From Christiangramia sp. (GTDB taxonomy: Bacteria > Bacteroidota > Bacteroidia > Flavobacteriales > Flavobacteriaceae), in the NCBI GenBank assembly GCA_033721075.1, contig JAWWBH010000001.1, positions 1 through 47,937 on the forward strand: a stretch of DNA of 47,937 bases. The letters are read 5' to 3'. Position 1 is the first letter of the stretch; each line of letters opens with the position of its first letter. The position numbers were made by a program, and so were the translations under genes. Under the pieces are notes generated by a model. That model saw only the letters and a list, made by a program, of their open reading frames with translations. It was not told where the DNA came from and ran no database searches. Shown piece after piece: positions 38,549 to 47,937 of this stretch.

Positions 38549-41128
38549 TTAAGCTGAATTTCTACTTGCATTAATATTTCCATAAAGCGAACGGGTGACC
38601 ATTTTCTCATAGATTTCAAGTTTCTCCCCGACATCGGAATTCTTGCTTAATTCCTGAACCTTTCTAAGGGCATGCTGCTGGATTGTAAGCAATGGAAGCA
38701 CAATTCGTTCCCTGGCCTGAATAGAAGCTCTCATTGCAGGTTGATTCTGCATCAGGTAATTATATCCCGTCACTTTCAATAGCATCTTATTAGATCTTTC
38801 AAATTCCTCATGGATCAACTGCCAGAATTCGCCAAAATCAGGGTCGTTTTTCATATAGGCAGTTAAAGGGAAGAAAGATTTGGTAAGGCTCATCATACTG
38901 TTCTCCAGGAGGGTCCTGAAGAATTCAGAATTTTCATAAAGCTGTTTTACCCTGTCAAACTCTCCTCTCTTCTCGAGTTCTTCCATTGCGGTTCCAACTC
39001 CAAAGAATCCCGGAACGTTTTGTTTTAACTGACTCCAGCTTCCTACAAAAGGTATCGCTCTAAGATCAGAAAGATTCAATTCGGCAGATTTATTACGCTT
39101 AGATGGCCGGCTACCAATATTGGTCTTGGCATAATACTTAAGCGTACTCATTTTTTCAAGGTATGGAATGAATCTCGGATGCTTTTTGAAATCCATATAG
39201 GTATTATAACTTATCTCAGCAAGGTCCGTCATTGTTTTCCTGTCCTCATCGCTAAGAATATTCTTACCATCACTAAATATCTCATTCGAAACTCCCGAAC
39301 TTAATAACTGCTCAAGGTTATAGGTACATGAATCCTTGGTTCCGAAATTCGAACTAATCGTTTGTCCCTGAACCGTAATCTGGATCTCCTCATTTTCTAT
39401 CGTAGGTCCTAAGGAAGCATAAAACTGGTGAGTTTTTCCACCCCCTCTTGCAGGTGGCCCTCCTCGACCATCAAAAAAGACAACTTTGATCCCGTATTCT
39501 CTTGAAATTTTAGTCAGGGCTTCCTTAGCCTTATAAATACTCCAGTTGGCCATAAGGTAACCACCGTCTTTGGTTCCATCACTAAAGCCCAGCATTATGG
39601 TTTGTTTGTTACCTCGCCGCTCGAGATGCTCCTTATAAACAGGATTCGTATAAAGTTTTTCCATCACATTATGAGCATCCTGAAGGTCTGGAACCGTTTC
39701 AAATAAAGGGATCACATCAACACTTGGCTTCTCCCAGCCGCACATTCTTAAGAACGCGAATGGCTGAAGAACTCCCTGAACACTTCCACAGTTACTTATA
39801 ATATAGCGGTTGGCTCCAGCCTCTCCACTCTTCTCCTGTATCTCCTGCATTGCATAGATGGAAGAAATAGTGGCTTTCCCCATACCTTCCTCAAAGTCTT
39901 CAGGATCAAGTTTACCCTGAACATTACTAAGCAGCTCAATTTGTTTATCGTTGTCGAGATCTCCAAAATCTGCAGGAAGTAGTTTATCTCCTTTTGAAGT
40001 CACTTCCACAACCTCATTTAAAACATCCTGGTGAATCCCGGCATCCTGACGTATATCGAGCGTGGCGAAATGGTAACCAAAAAGGTTTACCTTATTCAGC
40101 ATATCATCAACTTCATCTAAAAATAATGACTGATGATCTCTAATGAGTATTTCTTTGATTTCATGAAGTTTATACTTGAATTCTTCAAGTGGAAGTTTAA
40201 CTTCTCCAGTTTTAGAAATCGCTGAGTCATACAGGCCTTTTTCCAGCTCGCCCATCAATTCATTCACACCCCTAAAGGTGAGGCTTCGTTTAAGTTTTCT
40301 TATGTCCCTGTAGTAATTTAGAAATATAGTTCTTCTTAAGCGCTTCGCCACACGCAGGGTTATGTCCGTAGTCACAAAAGGATTCCCGTCACGGTCACCA
40401 CCAGGCCAGAATCCCAGATTGATCACCTGATTCCCTACATCTTCACCATCGAATATGTTTTGTTGAATATAATTATGAATCTTGCTGGCGCTTTGATAAA
40501 AAACGTTCTCAAAATACCAAATTAGATTAACCGCCTCATCATATGGAGTAGGTTTCTCTTTTTTAAAGAAAGGAGTTTTCCCCAGCTGGGCTAGTAACTG
40601 CTTGATCTTGACAAGGTCATTTTTCTGAATTGCTTTATCAAGATCTGTGATTATCCCCAGTACACTCCCGGGATAGAATTGTGTAGGGTGAGCTGTTAAG
40701 GTTGGTCGCACCTTAAACCTCCTTAAATATTCCTTTAATTCCTCAATCTTTTGCTTCGCTTCAGCTTCTTCCTTCACACTTCTAAGGGTTCCACGACCGT
40801 CCATGTTATTTACAATAGGAAAAGAAGCATCTTCAATGGCGTCAAAAAGAACAACCTGCCTTTCTATATATTGAATAAAGCGAAACAACAGATCTATTTT
40901 GTCTTCTTCGGAAGGCTCTTCGCCATATTTATCAAAGAAACGGTCTACTATTTCAGAAGGATTTTTATTCTCCTTAAAGCCTGTTTCGCAAATTTCCTGA
41001 AATAATGGTAAAAGAGCACCTGTTTGTCTAATCTCATCGTAAGGCAATGTTAGAAAAATACTGTTATAAACCTGGTATTTCGCAAGTACATTGTCATTAA
41101 ATCTATCTAATCTTGGTTCTCTGTGCAT
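38549..41128 (-). CDS. ppc: Phosphoenolpyruvate carboxylase
   Basis: LTAHPT, GGDRDGNP, MLGFSDGTKDGG, FDGRGG, LRAIP, C-terminal RNSA. Confidence 0.95.
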   Translation of the reverse strand: MHREPRLDRFNDNVLAKYQVYNSIFLTLPYDEIRQTGALLPLFQEICETGFKENKNPSEIVDRFFDKYGEEPSEEDKIDLLFRFIQYIERQVVLFDAIEDASFPIVNNMDGRGTLRSVKEEAEAKQKIEELKEYLRRFKVRPTLTAHPTQFYPGSVLGIITDLDKAIQKNDLVKIKQLLAQLGKTPFFKKEKPTPYDEAVNLIWYFENVFYQSASKIHNYIQQNIFDGEDVGNQVINLGFWPGGDRDGNPFVTTDITLRVAKRLRRTIFLNYYRDIRKLKRSLTFRGVNELMGELEKGLYDSAISKTGEVKLPLEEFKYKLHEIKEILIRDHQSLFLDEVDDMLNKVNLFGYHFATLDIRQDAGIHQDVLNEVVEVTSKGDKLLPADFGDLDNDKQIELLSNVQGKLDPEDFEEGMGKATISSIYAMQEIQEKSGEAGANRYIISNCGSVQGVLQPFAFLRMCGWEKPSVDVIPLFETVPDLQDAHNVMEKLYTNPVYKEHLERRGNKQTIMLGFSDGTKDGGYLMANWSIYKAKEALTKISREYGIKVVFFDGRGGPPARGGGKTHQFYASLGPTIENEEIQITVQGQTISSNFGTKDSCTYNLEQLLSSGVSNEIFSDGKNILSDEDRKTMTDLAEISYNTYMDFKKHPRFIPYLEKMSTLKYYAKTNIGSRPSKRNKSAELNLSDLRAIPFVGSWSQLKQNVPGFFGVGTAMEELEKRGEFDRVKQLYENSEFFRTLLENSMMSLTKSFFPLTAYMKNDPDFGEFWQLIHEEFERSNKMLLKVTGYNYLMQNQPAMRASIQARERIVLPLLTIQQHALRKVQELSKNSDVGEKLEIYEKMVTRSLYGNINASRNSA

Positions 41129-41166
41129 AATTTAATTTTAGGGTATTCGGATTCATTTAAAATTAT

Positions 41167-41199
41167 AAAAAAACCCTTTAAACAAAACAGTCTAAAGGG
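41167..41199 (-). terminator. Possible intrinsic terminator after the AsnC-family gene
   Basis: CCCTTTA...TAAAGGG stem with a T7 tract on the minus strand. Confidence 0.5.
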
Positions 41200-41224
41200 C
41201 CTTTAATAAAAGTTTAGGACTGTT

Positions 41225-41704
41225 TTACATGTCTTTAAAAATAGAATGCATCAGCCGCTTTTTATCATTAATACTTTCTTCTAATGAAATCATTGTTTCA
41301 GTACGATAGATACCTTCAATATCATCCAGTTGGAAAATAACTTCTTTGGCATGTTGCGTGTTTCGTGCCCTTATCTTACAGAACACATTGAATTTCCCGG
41401 TAGTAACGTGAGCAACAGTCACATAAGGTATCTCATTTATTCTTTCAAGAACAAATTTAGTTTGGGAAGTGCTCTTTAAGAATATACCTACATAGGCTAT
41501 AAACGCATACCCAAGCTTTTTATAATCCAGGGTCAGTGAGGAACCAATAATGATTCCTGCTTCCTCCATTTTCTTCACCCTAACATGAACGGTACCTGCA
41601 GATATAAGCAGTTTTTTGGCGATATCGGTAAATGGAGTCCTCGTATTCTCGATAAGCATATCAAGAATCTGGTGGTCGGTTTCGTCTAATTTGAACTTGG
41701 CCAT
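41225..41704 (-). CDS. Lrp/AsnC family transcriptional regulator
   Basis: LDETDHQIL...TVHVRVKKMEEAGII HTH, RAM domain, TETMISL; TAATTTTG -7 element at 41731-41738. Confidence 0.93.
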   Translation of the reverse strand: MAKFKLDETDHQILDMLIENTRTPFTDIAKKLLISAGTVHVRVKKMEEAGIIIGSSLTLDYKKLGYAFIAYVGIFLKSTSQTKFVLERINEIPYVTVAHVTTGKFNVFCKIRARNTQHAKEVIFQLDDIEGIYRTETMISLEESINDKKRLMHSIFKDM

Positions 41705-41776
41705 CTTTAAACTTCTTTTTTAATGAAGTTCAAAATTAAGACAAAATCATTGAATTATTGATAATTAATTTGATAA

Positions 41777-42943
41777 TTATCCATATTTAACCTGCAATTC
41801 TGCAGTATTTAAGATAATTTTATTAACTATAACGTTTTCGACAACTTTTTCTTCACATGGAAGCTTGAGTTTTCTATTCTTTCCATCTATTTCACGATGA
41901 CCAAAATTTTGTATGTGATCGGCAATCTTTTCGATTACCGGGTCAAATTCGATCTTAGCCCCCCTTAACACCTCTTTAAACTGAATGCTCACATCCTTTT
42001 TGTGACCATCTACCTGGACATTCCGAATTATAACATCATTAAATAATTTCTGATTTTCCGGTATTTTCAGGTAATCCTTATAATTAGATGTAGTATCCGG
42101 GCGAAATGAGATCTGGTATATACATGATAACAAAGCCCTGAAAACATACTTTCTCACTTCTTCCCGCTCATAATCATCAGAAATATGGCCAGCTTCAAAT
42201 AAAATCGTGGGTGTAGAAAGGTTTTGAAACGTATCACCGGCGCAATTTATATTAAAGGCATCATCGTACCTCCCAATCTGTTCCGGCAACTGATCTCTCA
42301 GGTCTTCTGCTATTCCAGCTATTACACCCATACTTTTTTTACGGAACACATCTATGCTTCTTTCCTTGTCCTTTGAAGGAGTTAAAAAGGACAGGGTAGC
42401 CGGCTTAGGCTTATTACCCGCACTAAAAATTGTTCTCTGATCATGGAGATTTAGGCAAAATTCCGGTTTAATTGCATCATATTGCGCTTTTAGAACCTTG
42501 CTCTCCGGCTGACTCAAATTTTGAAGATCCCGGTTAAGATCTACAGAATTGGCATTTACCCGGGTATATGCTTCAGCCCCATCAGGGTTTAACACAGGAA
42601 TAATGTAGAGACTGCAATTCTTTAATATCCCTGAAAAAACTTCGTTAGAATCTTCTTTTTTAAAAGCATTCAAAAGATCGATCACTGCTTTGGTAGTCGT
42701 AGATTCATTACCATGCATTTGAGACCAGGCCAGAACTTTAATTTTTCCAGCACCTAATTTATATCTATATATTGGCCTTTCCTGAACAGATCTGCCAATT
42801 TCCTTTATCTCAAAATCTTTATCAAATCTCTTACCTGCATATTCAATATCTGAAATGGTGACATACCTCCCGGAGACTTCATTGAATTTTATCCCGGAAT
42901 AATATTCATCAGTAAAAAGCTCTTTAAGTAATTCATTTTTCAT
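41777..42943 (-). CDS. M14 family zinc carboxypeptidase
   Basis: MHGNE, NPDG, DLNR, LNLHDQ, FEAG; start at ATG 42943 because TAGTTTTG lies just upstream. Confidence 0.85.
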   Translation of the reverse strand: MKNELLKELFTDEYYSGIKFNEVSGRYVTISDIEYAGKRFDKDFEIKEIGRSVQERPIYRYKLGAGKIKVLAWSQMHGNESTTTKAVIDLLNAFKKEDSNEVFSGILKNCSLYIIPVLNPDGAEAYTRVNANSVDLNRDLQNLSQPESKVLKAQYDAIKPEFCLNLHDQRTIFSAGNKPKPATLSFLTPSKDKERSIDVFRKKSMGVIAGIAEDLRDQLPEQIGRYDDAFNINCAGDTFQNLSTPTILFEAGHISDDYEREEVRKYVFRALLSCIYQISFRPDTTSNYKDYLKIPENQKLFNDVIIRNVQVDGHKKDVSIQFKEVLRGAKIEFDPVIEKIADHIQNFGHREIDGKNRKLKLPCEEKVVENVIVNKIILNTAELQVKYG

Positions 42944-42944
42944 G

Positions 42945-43231
42945 TTTACAAAACTAAACATTGTATATTTTACAATTGTAAACAGTCGATTTACCTGATA
43001 TTGTGTACAGTTGTAAACACTGGTTATTCATTTGAAAGGACAATAATAGGAAAATATCCATATTGTTGTATTTATATATTTAAACATTTCTTTTTTAGTA
43101 ACTTAGATAGTTTTACATAAAGTTAAACTTCTACATAGATAAAGAAGTTTACAAATGTAGCATGATTGTATTGTAAATAATATTTACATTTGTAAATGGC
43201 TAAACCCTCTAAAATGTGTTACAATGGTAAA
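42945..43231. promoter_or_regulatory. Array of TTTACA-N2-TGTAAA palindromes in a divergent promoter region
   Basis: Boxes at 42969 (perfect), 43004, 43148, 43183 (perfect arms), 43218; degenerate copies at 42945, 43112, 43130. Confidence 0.75.
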
Positions 43232-43640
43232 CACTGAAAAATTTGCTTCCCGGCTTAATAAAATCCTGGATTATTATGATCTGTCTGCCGCTTCGTTTGC
43301 CGATAAAATCGAAGTGGGCCGTTCTTCCATATCTCACATCCTCTCCGGAAGAAATAAGCCAAGCCTGGATTTTGTAATGAAAATTGTGAAGAATTTTCCT
43401 GAGGTAGAACTCTACTGGTTACTAAATGGAAAAGGTAGTTTCCCGTCTGTTTCAGAAACTCCGGAAAATACCGGCGTAGTTTCCAAAGAGAAAGACGCCA
43501 CTGCACCAATCGAAGAACCTGCTTCTGATAAAAATCCATCCCCACTACCTCCTGTTCTGTCTTCCAGTTCTTCGGGCAAGACTATTCAAAGGATCGTTAT
43601 TTTTTATACAGATGGTAGTTTTGATGCTTTTGAAAATTGA
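43224..43640 (+). CDS. XRE/Cro-C1 HTH transcriptional regulator
   Basis: SAASFADKIEVGRSSISHILSGRNKPSLDF...WLLNGKG, low-complexity linker, short C-terminal IQRIVIFYTDGSF motif. Confidence 0.9.
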   Translation: MVNTEKFASRLNKILDYYDLSAASFADKIEVGRSSISHILSGRNKPSLDFVMKIVKNFPEVELYWLLNGKGSFPSVSETPENTGVVSKEKDATAPIEEPASDKNPSPLPPVLSSSSSGKTIQRIVIFYTDGSFDAFEN

Positions 43641-43671
43641 TTATCCCGGATAAATTGGATTATTTTGCGAT

Positions 43672-44049
43672 ATGAAAAAAGTACTGGGATTAATTAGCCT
43701 GTTAGTTTTAGCATCCTGTTTTAATGCTGAAAGGAATTGTGAAGATTTCCGCACGGGGACCTTTAAATTTGAGACCTACTTAAATGGAGAACTGGTCACT
43801 TCCACTTTTATTAGGAACGACAGCATTGAGATAGAAAAATTCCAGGGAAAGACCGATACATCGTCAGTAAGATGGATCAACGACTGTGAATACATTCTCA
43901 AAAATATTCATCCAGACGGGATGTCTGAAGAAAAAGCCATTCATATGAAGATACTTACCACTAATAAGGATGGCTATACCTTCGAGTACGGGCAGGTGGG
44001 ACAGGCCAGGAAAGCCAGAGGAAAGGTCGTTAAAGTCTCAGCAGATTAG
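43672..44049 (+). CDS. Hypothetical lipoprotein
   Basis: MKK + hydrophobic segment + lipobox LASC; beta-rich body. Confidence 0.75.
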   Translation: MKKVLGLISLLVLASCFNAERNCEDFRTGTFKFETYLNGELVTSTFIRNDSIEIEKFQGKTDTSSVRWINDCEYILKNIHPDGMSEEKAIHMKILTTNKDGYTFEYGQVGQARKARGKVVKVSAD

Positions 44050-44492
44050 TTCTGCCTTTCGCGAAGGATTTTGTTCTGTTCCTCCATTAGATCGTTAAGA
44101 TTAGAAAGCAATTCGATGTCCTTAGGCGTCACTACCTTATCGTTTTTAGGATCCTGGGCTTTATTACGAAATCGGTTCATAAATTTTACCACGATAAACA
44201 CCACGAAACCTATAACAAGAAAATCGATTAGGGTTTCTATCAGCAATCCATATCCAATAGAAACTTCCTGGACAAAATCTGCGGTTCCCTCAGAGCCCAC
44301 AGCTTCCCTCAGCACCATTTTGCGATCTGCATAACTGATACCATCGGTCATAAGGCTTAATGGCGGCATGATCACCTGTTTTACAAGTACATCAATCACA
44401 CTGTTAAAAGCGGTACCAATAATGATACCCACTGCCATATCGATCATGTTGCCCTTAACAGCAAACTCCTTAAACTCCTTAAATAAACCCAT
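44046..44492 (-). CDS. mscL: Large-conductance mechanosensitive channel
   Basis: FKEFKEFAVKGNMIDMAVGIIIGTAF, YG...IDFLVI, LL..L.DL. Confidence 0.95.
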   Translation of the reverse strand: MGLFKEFKEFAVKGNMIDMAVGIIIGTAFNSVIDVLVKQVIMPPLSLMTDGISYADRKMVLREAVGSEGTADFVQEVSIGYGLLIETLIDFLVIGFVVFIVVKFMNRFRNKAQDPKNDKVVTPKDIELLSNLNDLMEEQNKILRERQN

Positions 44493-47143
44493 TAATCATC
44501 AAATAAAGATCCCTGTCCTTCCGAACCTGATTTCTTTTCGGGCACGGTAATTTTCCCAGCTTTTATATCCTCGCCGCTGATTTCGCTCTCTGCTGAACTT
44601 TCTTCCTTTTCAGTTTCTTCTTCAACTTCTTCCTGCTCCTCATATGGCATTGGATCGAGAAGATTTATCTGATTCACTTTTTCCGTAGTGAGTTGATTTC
44701 CAAGAGCCTTAATGCCTTTTACTGAAATAAAATCTTCAATATTTATCTCTTCATTCTCACGACGTTCCTTTCCCTTAGGTTTAGTGTAAACTATTTCGGC
44801 CCTGGGATAATAATCGGTTGAAACTATCTCCAGGAACGAATCTTCATGATCACTAATAAATTTTTCTTCCTTATCGGGATTTTCAATTAAGAAACGCTTC
44901 ACATAATAACGCTCTTTTTCCGGTTCCCAGTAAATCGCGGAAATAGGTTTATCCTTCACCCATTTTTCCAGGATCACCATTTCTTCGTCGAACCTCGTGG
45001 TAAGTTCAGGCTTGATGGTCTTTACTATTCCATCCTGGGTGATTATAAGCAACCTGTCTTCTCCCCTGAATTCCCCCAGTAATTCTCCTCTTTCGTCTAC
45101 ATTGAGTCTTTTTACGGTCTCATCAAACCAGATCCTTCTGGGTTTTAAAGTAGATACACCCTCTTCCTTAAGTTCGATTCGCTTTATCGAATATTTTGTA
45201 ACTATATTTCCTTTCACATTTCTTCCCTTGATCAGCACATCGGCAAAATCAAGATCGAACTTGAGTTTTCTTATGCTGCCAACCTGCCTTAACAGAACAG
45301 TGACCACCTCTGCTTCTCCATTAGGATTGGCCGAGAAATAAAGTACTTTCGAGTCTTTTTTGCCCTGTGTAAGATCATACTCCCTGTCACGGGTCACTGA
45401 GGTAACGGCAAAACGCTTTACATAAGTATTCCCGCCTTTTCCATCGCGATAAACCATATTATAAATGGTTCGCTTGTCTTTTTTCTTGAATATCGCGACA
45501 TGAATAATATCCTTACCTATAAATGTCTTCGTATCTACCTTAGTCACCATCATTTTCCCCTCTGCCGTAAAACAGATCACATCATCTATATCGGAACATT
45601 CGGTAACATACTCATCCTTTTTCAGGGAAGTACCCACAAAACCTTCAGAACGGTTAACATAAAGCTTGGTATTCCTTATCACCACCTTGGTAGCTTCTAT
45701 GTCCTCAAAAAGGCGGAGTTCGGTTTTACGTTCCCTTCCAGAGCTATAATCCTTTTTAAGTTTTATAAAATAATCCACAGCGAAATCCACAATATGATCC
45801 AGATGATGTTTCACCTGGGCAATATCTCCTTCCAAAGCATCAATCTTTTGTTGAGCCTTATCTATATCGAATTTTGAAATTCTCTTGATACGTATCTCGG
45901 TCAATCTCACGATATCCTCTTCAGTCACTTCCCGCTTCAGATGTTTAGTGTGAGGTTTCAAACCTTTATCAATAGCCTGAATAACACCTTCCCAGGTCTC
46001 TTCCTCTTCAATATCCCGATAAATACGGTTTTCAATAAAAATTCTTTCGAGAGATGCAAAATGCCACTGCTCTTCAAGTTCGTCAAGCTTTATTTCAAGT
46101 TCGCTCTTAAGAAGGTGTAGCGTATGATCTGTAGACCGGCGAAGAATCTCCGAAACTCCGAGGAAAATTGGTTTATGGTCAATGATCACACAGCCCAAAG
46201 GTGCCAGTGAATTTTCGCACTGTGTAAAAGCATAGAGTGCATCAATGGTTTTATCTGGTGATATATTATTTGGCAAATGAATAAGGATCTCGACCTCTGC
46301 GGCAGTATTATCCTCGATCTTTTTAACCTTTATCTTCCCTTTATCATTAGCCTTTAATATAGAATCTATAAGGCTGGAAGTGTTTGTGCCGTAAGGGATC
46401 TCAGTAATGGCAAGCGTATTTTTATCAACCTGGCTTATCTTCGCCCTTATTCGAACTCGTCCTCCCCGTTTACCATCATTATAATTACTGATATCGGCGA
46501 TCCCTCCTGTGGGGAAATCAGGGAAGATTTTGAATTTTTTACCTCTTAAATGATTTATGGAGGCATCAATTATTTCATTAAAGTTATGCGGAAGAATCCT
46601 GGTGCTCAAACCAACGGCGATACCTTCAGCTCCCTGTGCAAGCAACAATGGAAACTTTACAGGCAGGTTAACAGGTTCCTGCTTACGGCCATCATAGGAT
46701 AATTGCCATTCGGTAAGTTTCGGGCTATAGAGTACTTCCAGAGCAAATTTTGACAGACGCGCCTCAATATAACGAGGAGCAGCCGCACGGTCACCAGTTA
46801 GAATATTTCCCCAGTTACCCTGAGTGTCAATAAGCAGATCCTTCTGCCCGATCTGGACCATAGCATCACCGATACTGGCATCACCATGCGGGTGATACTG
46901 CATGGTATGTCCTACAATATTCGCCACTTTATTGTAACGCCCATCATCCAGGTCTTTCATGGAGTGCATGATACGGCGCTGTACGGGTTTGAAGCCGTCT
47001 TCTATTGCGGGTACCGCCCGTTCCAGGATCACATATGAAGCATAATCCAGGAACCAGTCTTTGTACATTCCGGTTACCCTAATAAGTTCTTCTTTCTTTT
47101 CTTCAAACTGCTCTTCCTGAGCTCCGTCTAGATTTTCTTCCAT
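44492..47143 (-). CDS. parC: DNA topoisomerase IV subunit A
   Basis: DGFKPVQRR, YHPHGDAS, AAPRYIEAR; no GyrA-box; a true gyrA is present elsewhere in the window. Confidence 0.93.
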   Translation of the reverse strand: MEENLDGAQEEQFEEKKEELIRVTGMYKDWFLDYASYVILERAVPAIEDGFKPVQRRIMHSMKDLDDGRYNKVANIVGHTMQYHPHGDASIGDAMVQIGQKDLLIDTQGNWGNILTGDRAAAPRYIEARLSKFALEVLYSPKLTEWQLSYDGRKQEPVNLPVKFPLLLAQGAEGIAVGLSTRILPHNFNEIIDASINHLRGKKFKIFPDFPTGGIADISNYNDGKRGGRVRIRAKISQVDKNTLAITEIPYGTNTSSLIDSILKANDKGKIKVKKIEDNTAAEVEILIHLPNNISPDKTIDALYAFTQCENSLAPLGCVIIDHKPIFLGVSEILRRSTDHTLHLLKSELEIKLDELEEQWHFASLERIFIENRIYRDIEEEETWEGVIQAIDKGLKPHTKHLKREVTEEDIVRLTEIRIKRISKFDIDKAQQKIDALEGDIAQVKHHLDHIVDFAVDYFIKLKKDYSSGRERKTELRLFEDIEATKVVIRNTKLYVNRSEGFVGTSLKKDEYVTECSDIDDVICFTAEGKMMVTKVDTKTFIGKDIIHVAIFKKKDKRTIYNMVYRDGKGGNTYVKRFAVTSVTRDREYDLTQGKKDSKVLYFSANPNGEAEVVTVLLRQVGSIRKLKFDLDFADVLIKGRNVKGNIVTKYSIKRIELKEEGVSTLKPRRIWFDETVKRLNVDERGELLGEFRGEDRLLIITQDGIVKTIKPELTTRFDEEMVILEKWVKDKPISAIYWEPEKERYYVKRFLIENPDKEEKFISDHEDSFLEIVSTDYYPRAEIVYTKPKGKERRENEEINIEDFISVKGIKALGNQLTTEKVNQINLLDPMPYEEQEEVEEETEKEESSAESEISGEDIKAGKITVPEKKSGSEGQGSLFDD

Positions 47144-47634
47144 TAGGCAGTAACTTTAGGTGTGGTTTCCAGCACTTTTTGAAGCGAGGCCACCATCCCC
47201 TTTTTCTTTTTTCGGTTTAAAAATGTAGTATTGAATGTATATTTTCTATATCCTTTTTTTCTTCTTGATTTGATATAAATGGTAAGTGCCGAATATATCC
47301 CATAATCAACGAATTTGAACTTCCCCAGTTTTCGTTTTGGGAATTCAGCTTTCTTGACCCTGTATTCCATGAACCTGGAGAAGAACACCCCGTTGTTCTT
47401 AAAGTTCAGCGTCTCCCCATCACTATCAAAATCAAACGACTGACCAATCCTGTGCACATAGAAACCAAGAAGTAATGTCACGATGTTCGGAACAAAATGA
47501 CTGAATCCGATCTCCTGTTCGGTATCTGAAGCCATAATCTCAATGTTCACAAAAACATTCGTGATAAATACCGCTATCAAAACGATATAAATTGAAGGAA
47601 CTATCCTGATCTCTGTGCGGTTGGTGAATCTCAT
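47143..47634 (-). CDS. Hypothetical membrane protein (two TM helices, basic soluble C-domain)
   Basis: 163 aa; overlaps both the parE stop and the parC start. Confidence 0.75.
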   Translation of the reverse strand: MRFTNRTEIRIVPSIYIVLIAVFITNVFVNIEIMASDTEQEIGFSHFVPNIVTLLLGFYVHRIGQSFDFDSDGETLNFKNNGVFFSRFMEYRVKKAEFPKRKLGKFKFVDYGIYSALTIYIKSRRKKGYRKYTFNTTFLNRKKKKGMVASLQKVLETTPKVTA

Positions 47635-47937
47635 ATGCCAAGTTCTTCTACAAGATCAAGTTCAACTTTCAGGTTGTCTATAATGAACTCCTGCCTGTCT
47701 GGAGTATTCTTACCCATATAGAAACTCAGCATTTCTTCTATAGATTTTTCCCTGTCCAGCATCACCGGATCAAGGCGGATATCGTCGCCTATAAAATGTT
47801 TGAATTCATCTGGCGAGATCTCACCAAGACCTTTAAAGCGGGTGATCTCCACTTTTCCGGAAAGTTTTTCGATCGCCTGTTTACGCTCCATTTCACTATA
47901 GCAATAGATAGTTTCCTTTTTATTTCGCACCCTGAAT
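47631..47937 (-). CDS. parE: DNA topoisomerase IV subunit B (C-terminal part)
   Basis: [28 protein letters not shown]; upstream of parC. Confidence 0.92.
   Translation of the reverse strand, partial: FRVRNKKETIYCYSEMERKQAIEKLSGKVEITRFKGLGEISPDEFKHFIGDDIRLDPVMLDREKSIEEMLSFYMGKNTPDRQEFIIDNLKVELDLVEELGI

Noticed and set aside
42945-43231. oriC, dif or parS reading of the palindrome cluster
   Set aside because: I found no TTATCCACA DnaA boxes, XerC/D dif consensus or parS consensus. The boxes coincide with promoter elements and a start codon.
43672-44049. Topoisomerase-related function for the ORF beside mscL/parC
   Set aside because: It has a lipoprotein signal and no topoisomerase motifs; only proximity suggests a link.

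Overview
AT-rich chromosomal backbone of a Bacteroidota bacterium. Gene content, TAnnTTTG -7 promoter elements and the lack of Shine-Dalgarno motifs point to Flavobacteriaceae, plausibly a marine Gramella/Christiangramia/Salegentibacter-like organism (inferred). Most of the window is housekeeping: galE, gyrA, clpC, hutH, nnr, gcvT, yebC, aroB, ppc, parE/parC, mscL, plus oxidoreductases and membrane proteins. I saw no rRNA, tRNA, CRISPR array, prophage or transposase. Three non-coding structures stand out. (1) A SatD-family gene (nucleotidyl-cyclase-like motifs plus a C-terminal HTH) is coupled to a DUF3307 membrane protein and preceded by three ATAAGC-N6-GCTTAT palindromes at an exact 29-bp period over a probably leaderless promoter. 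(2) An array of TTTACA-N2-TGTAAA palindromes, many 35 bp apart, covers both divergent promoters and the start codon of an XRE regulator next to the topoisomerase IV operon. (3) A ~134-bp nested inverted-repeat element (REPIN/MITE-like) lies downstream of galE. The ORF track misses a 52-aa YqaE/Pmp3 gene and a partial FUSC-family gene at the left edge. All functional calls come from motif recognition only; no searches were run.
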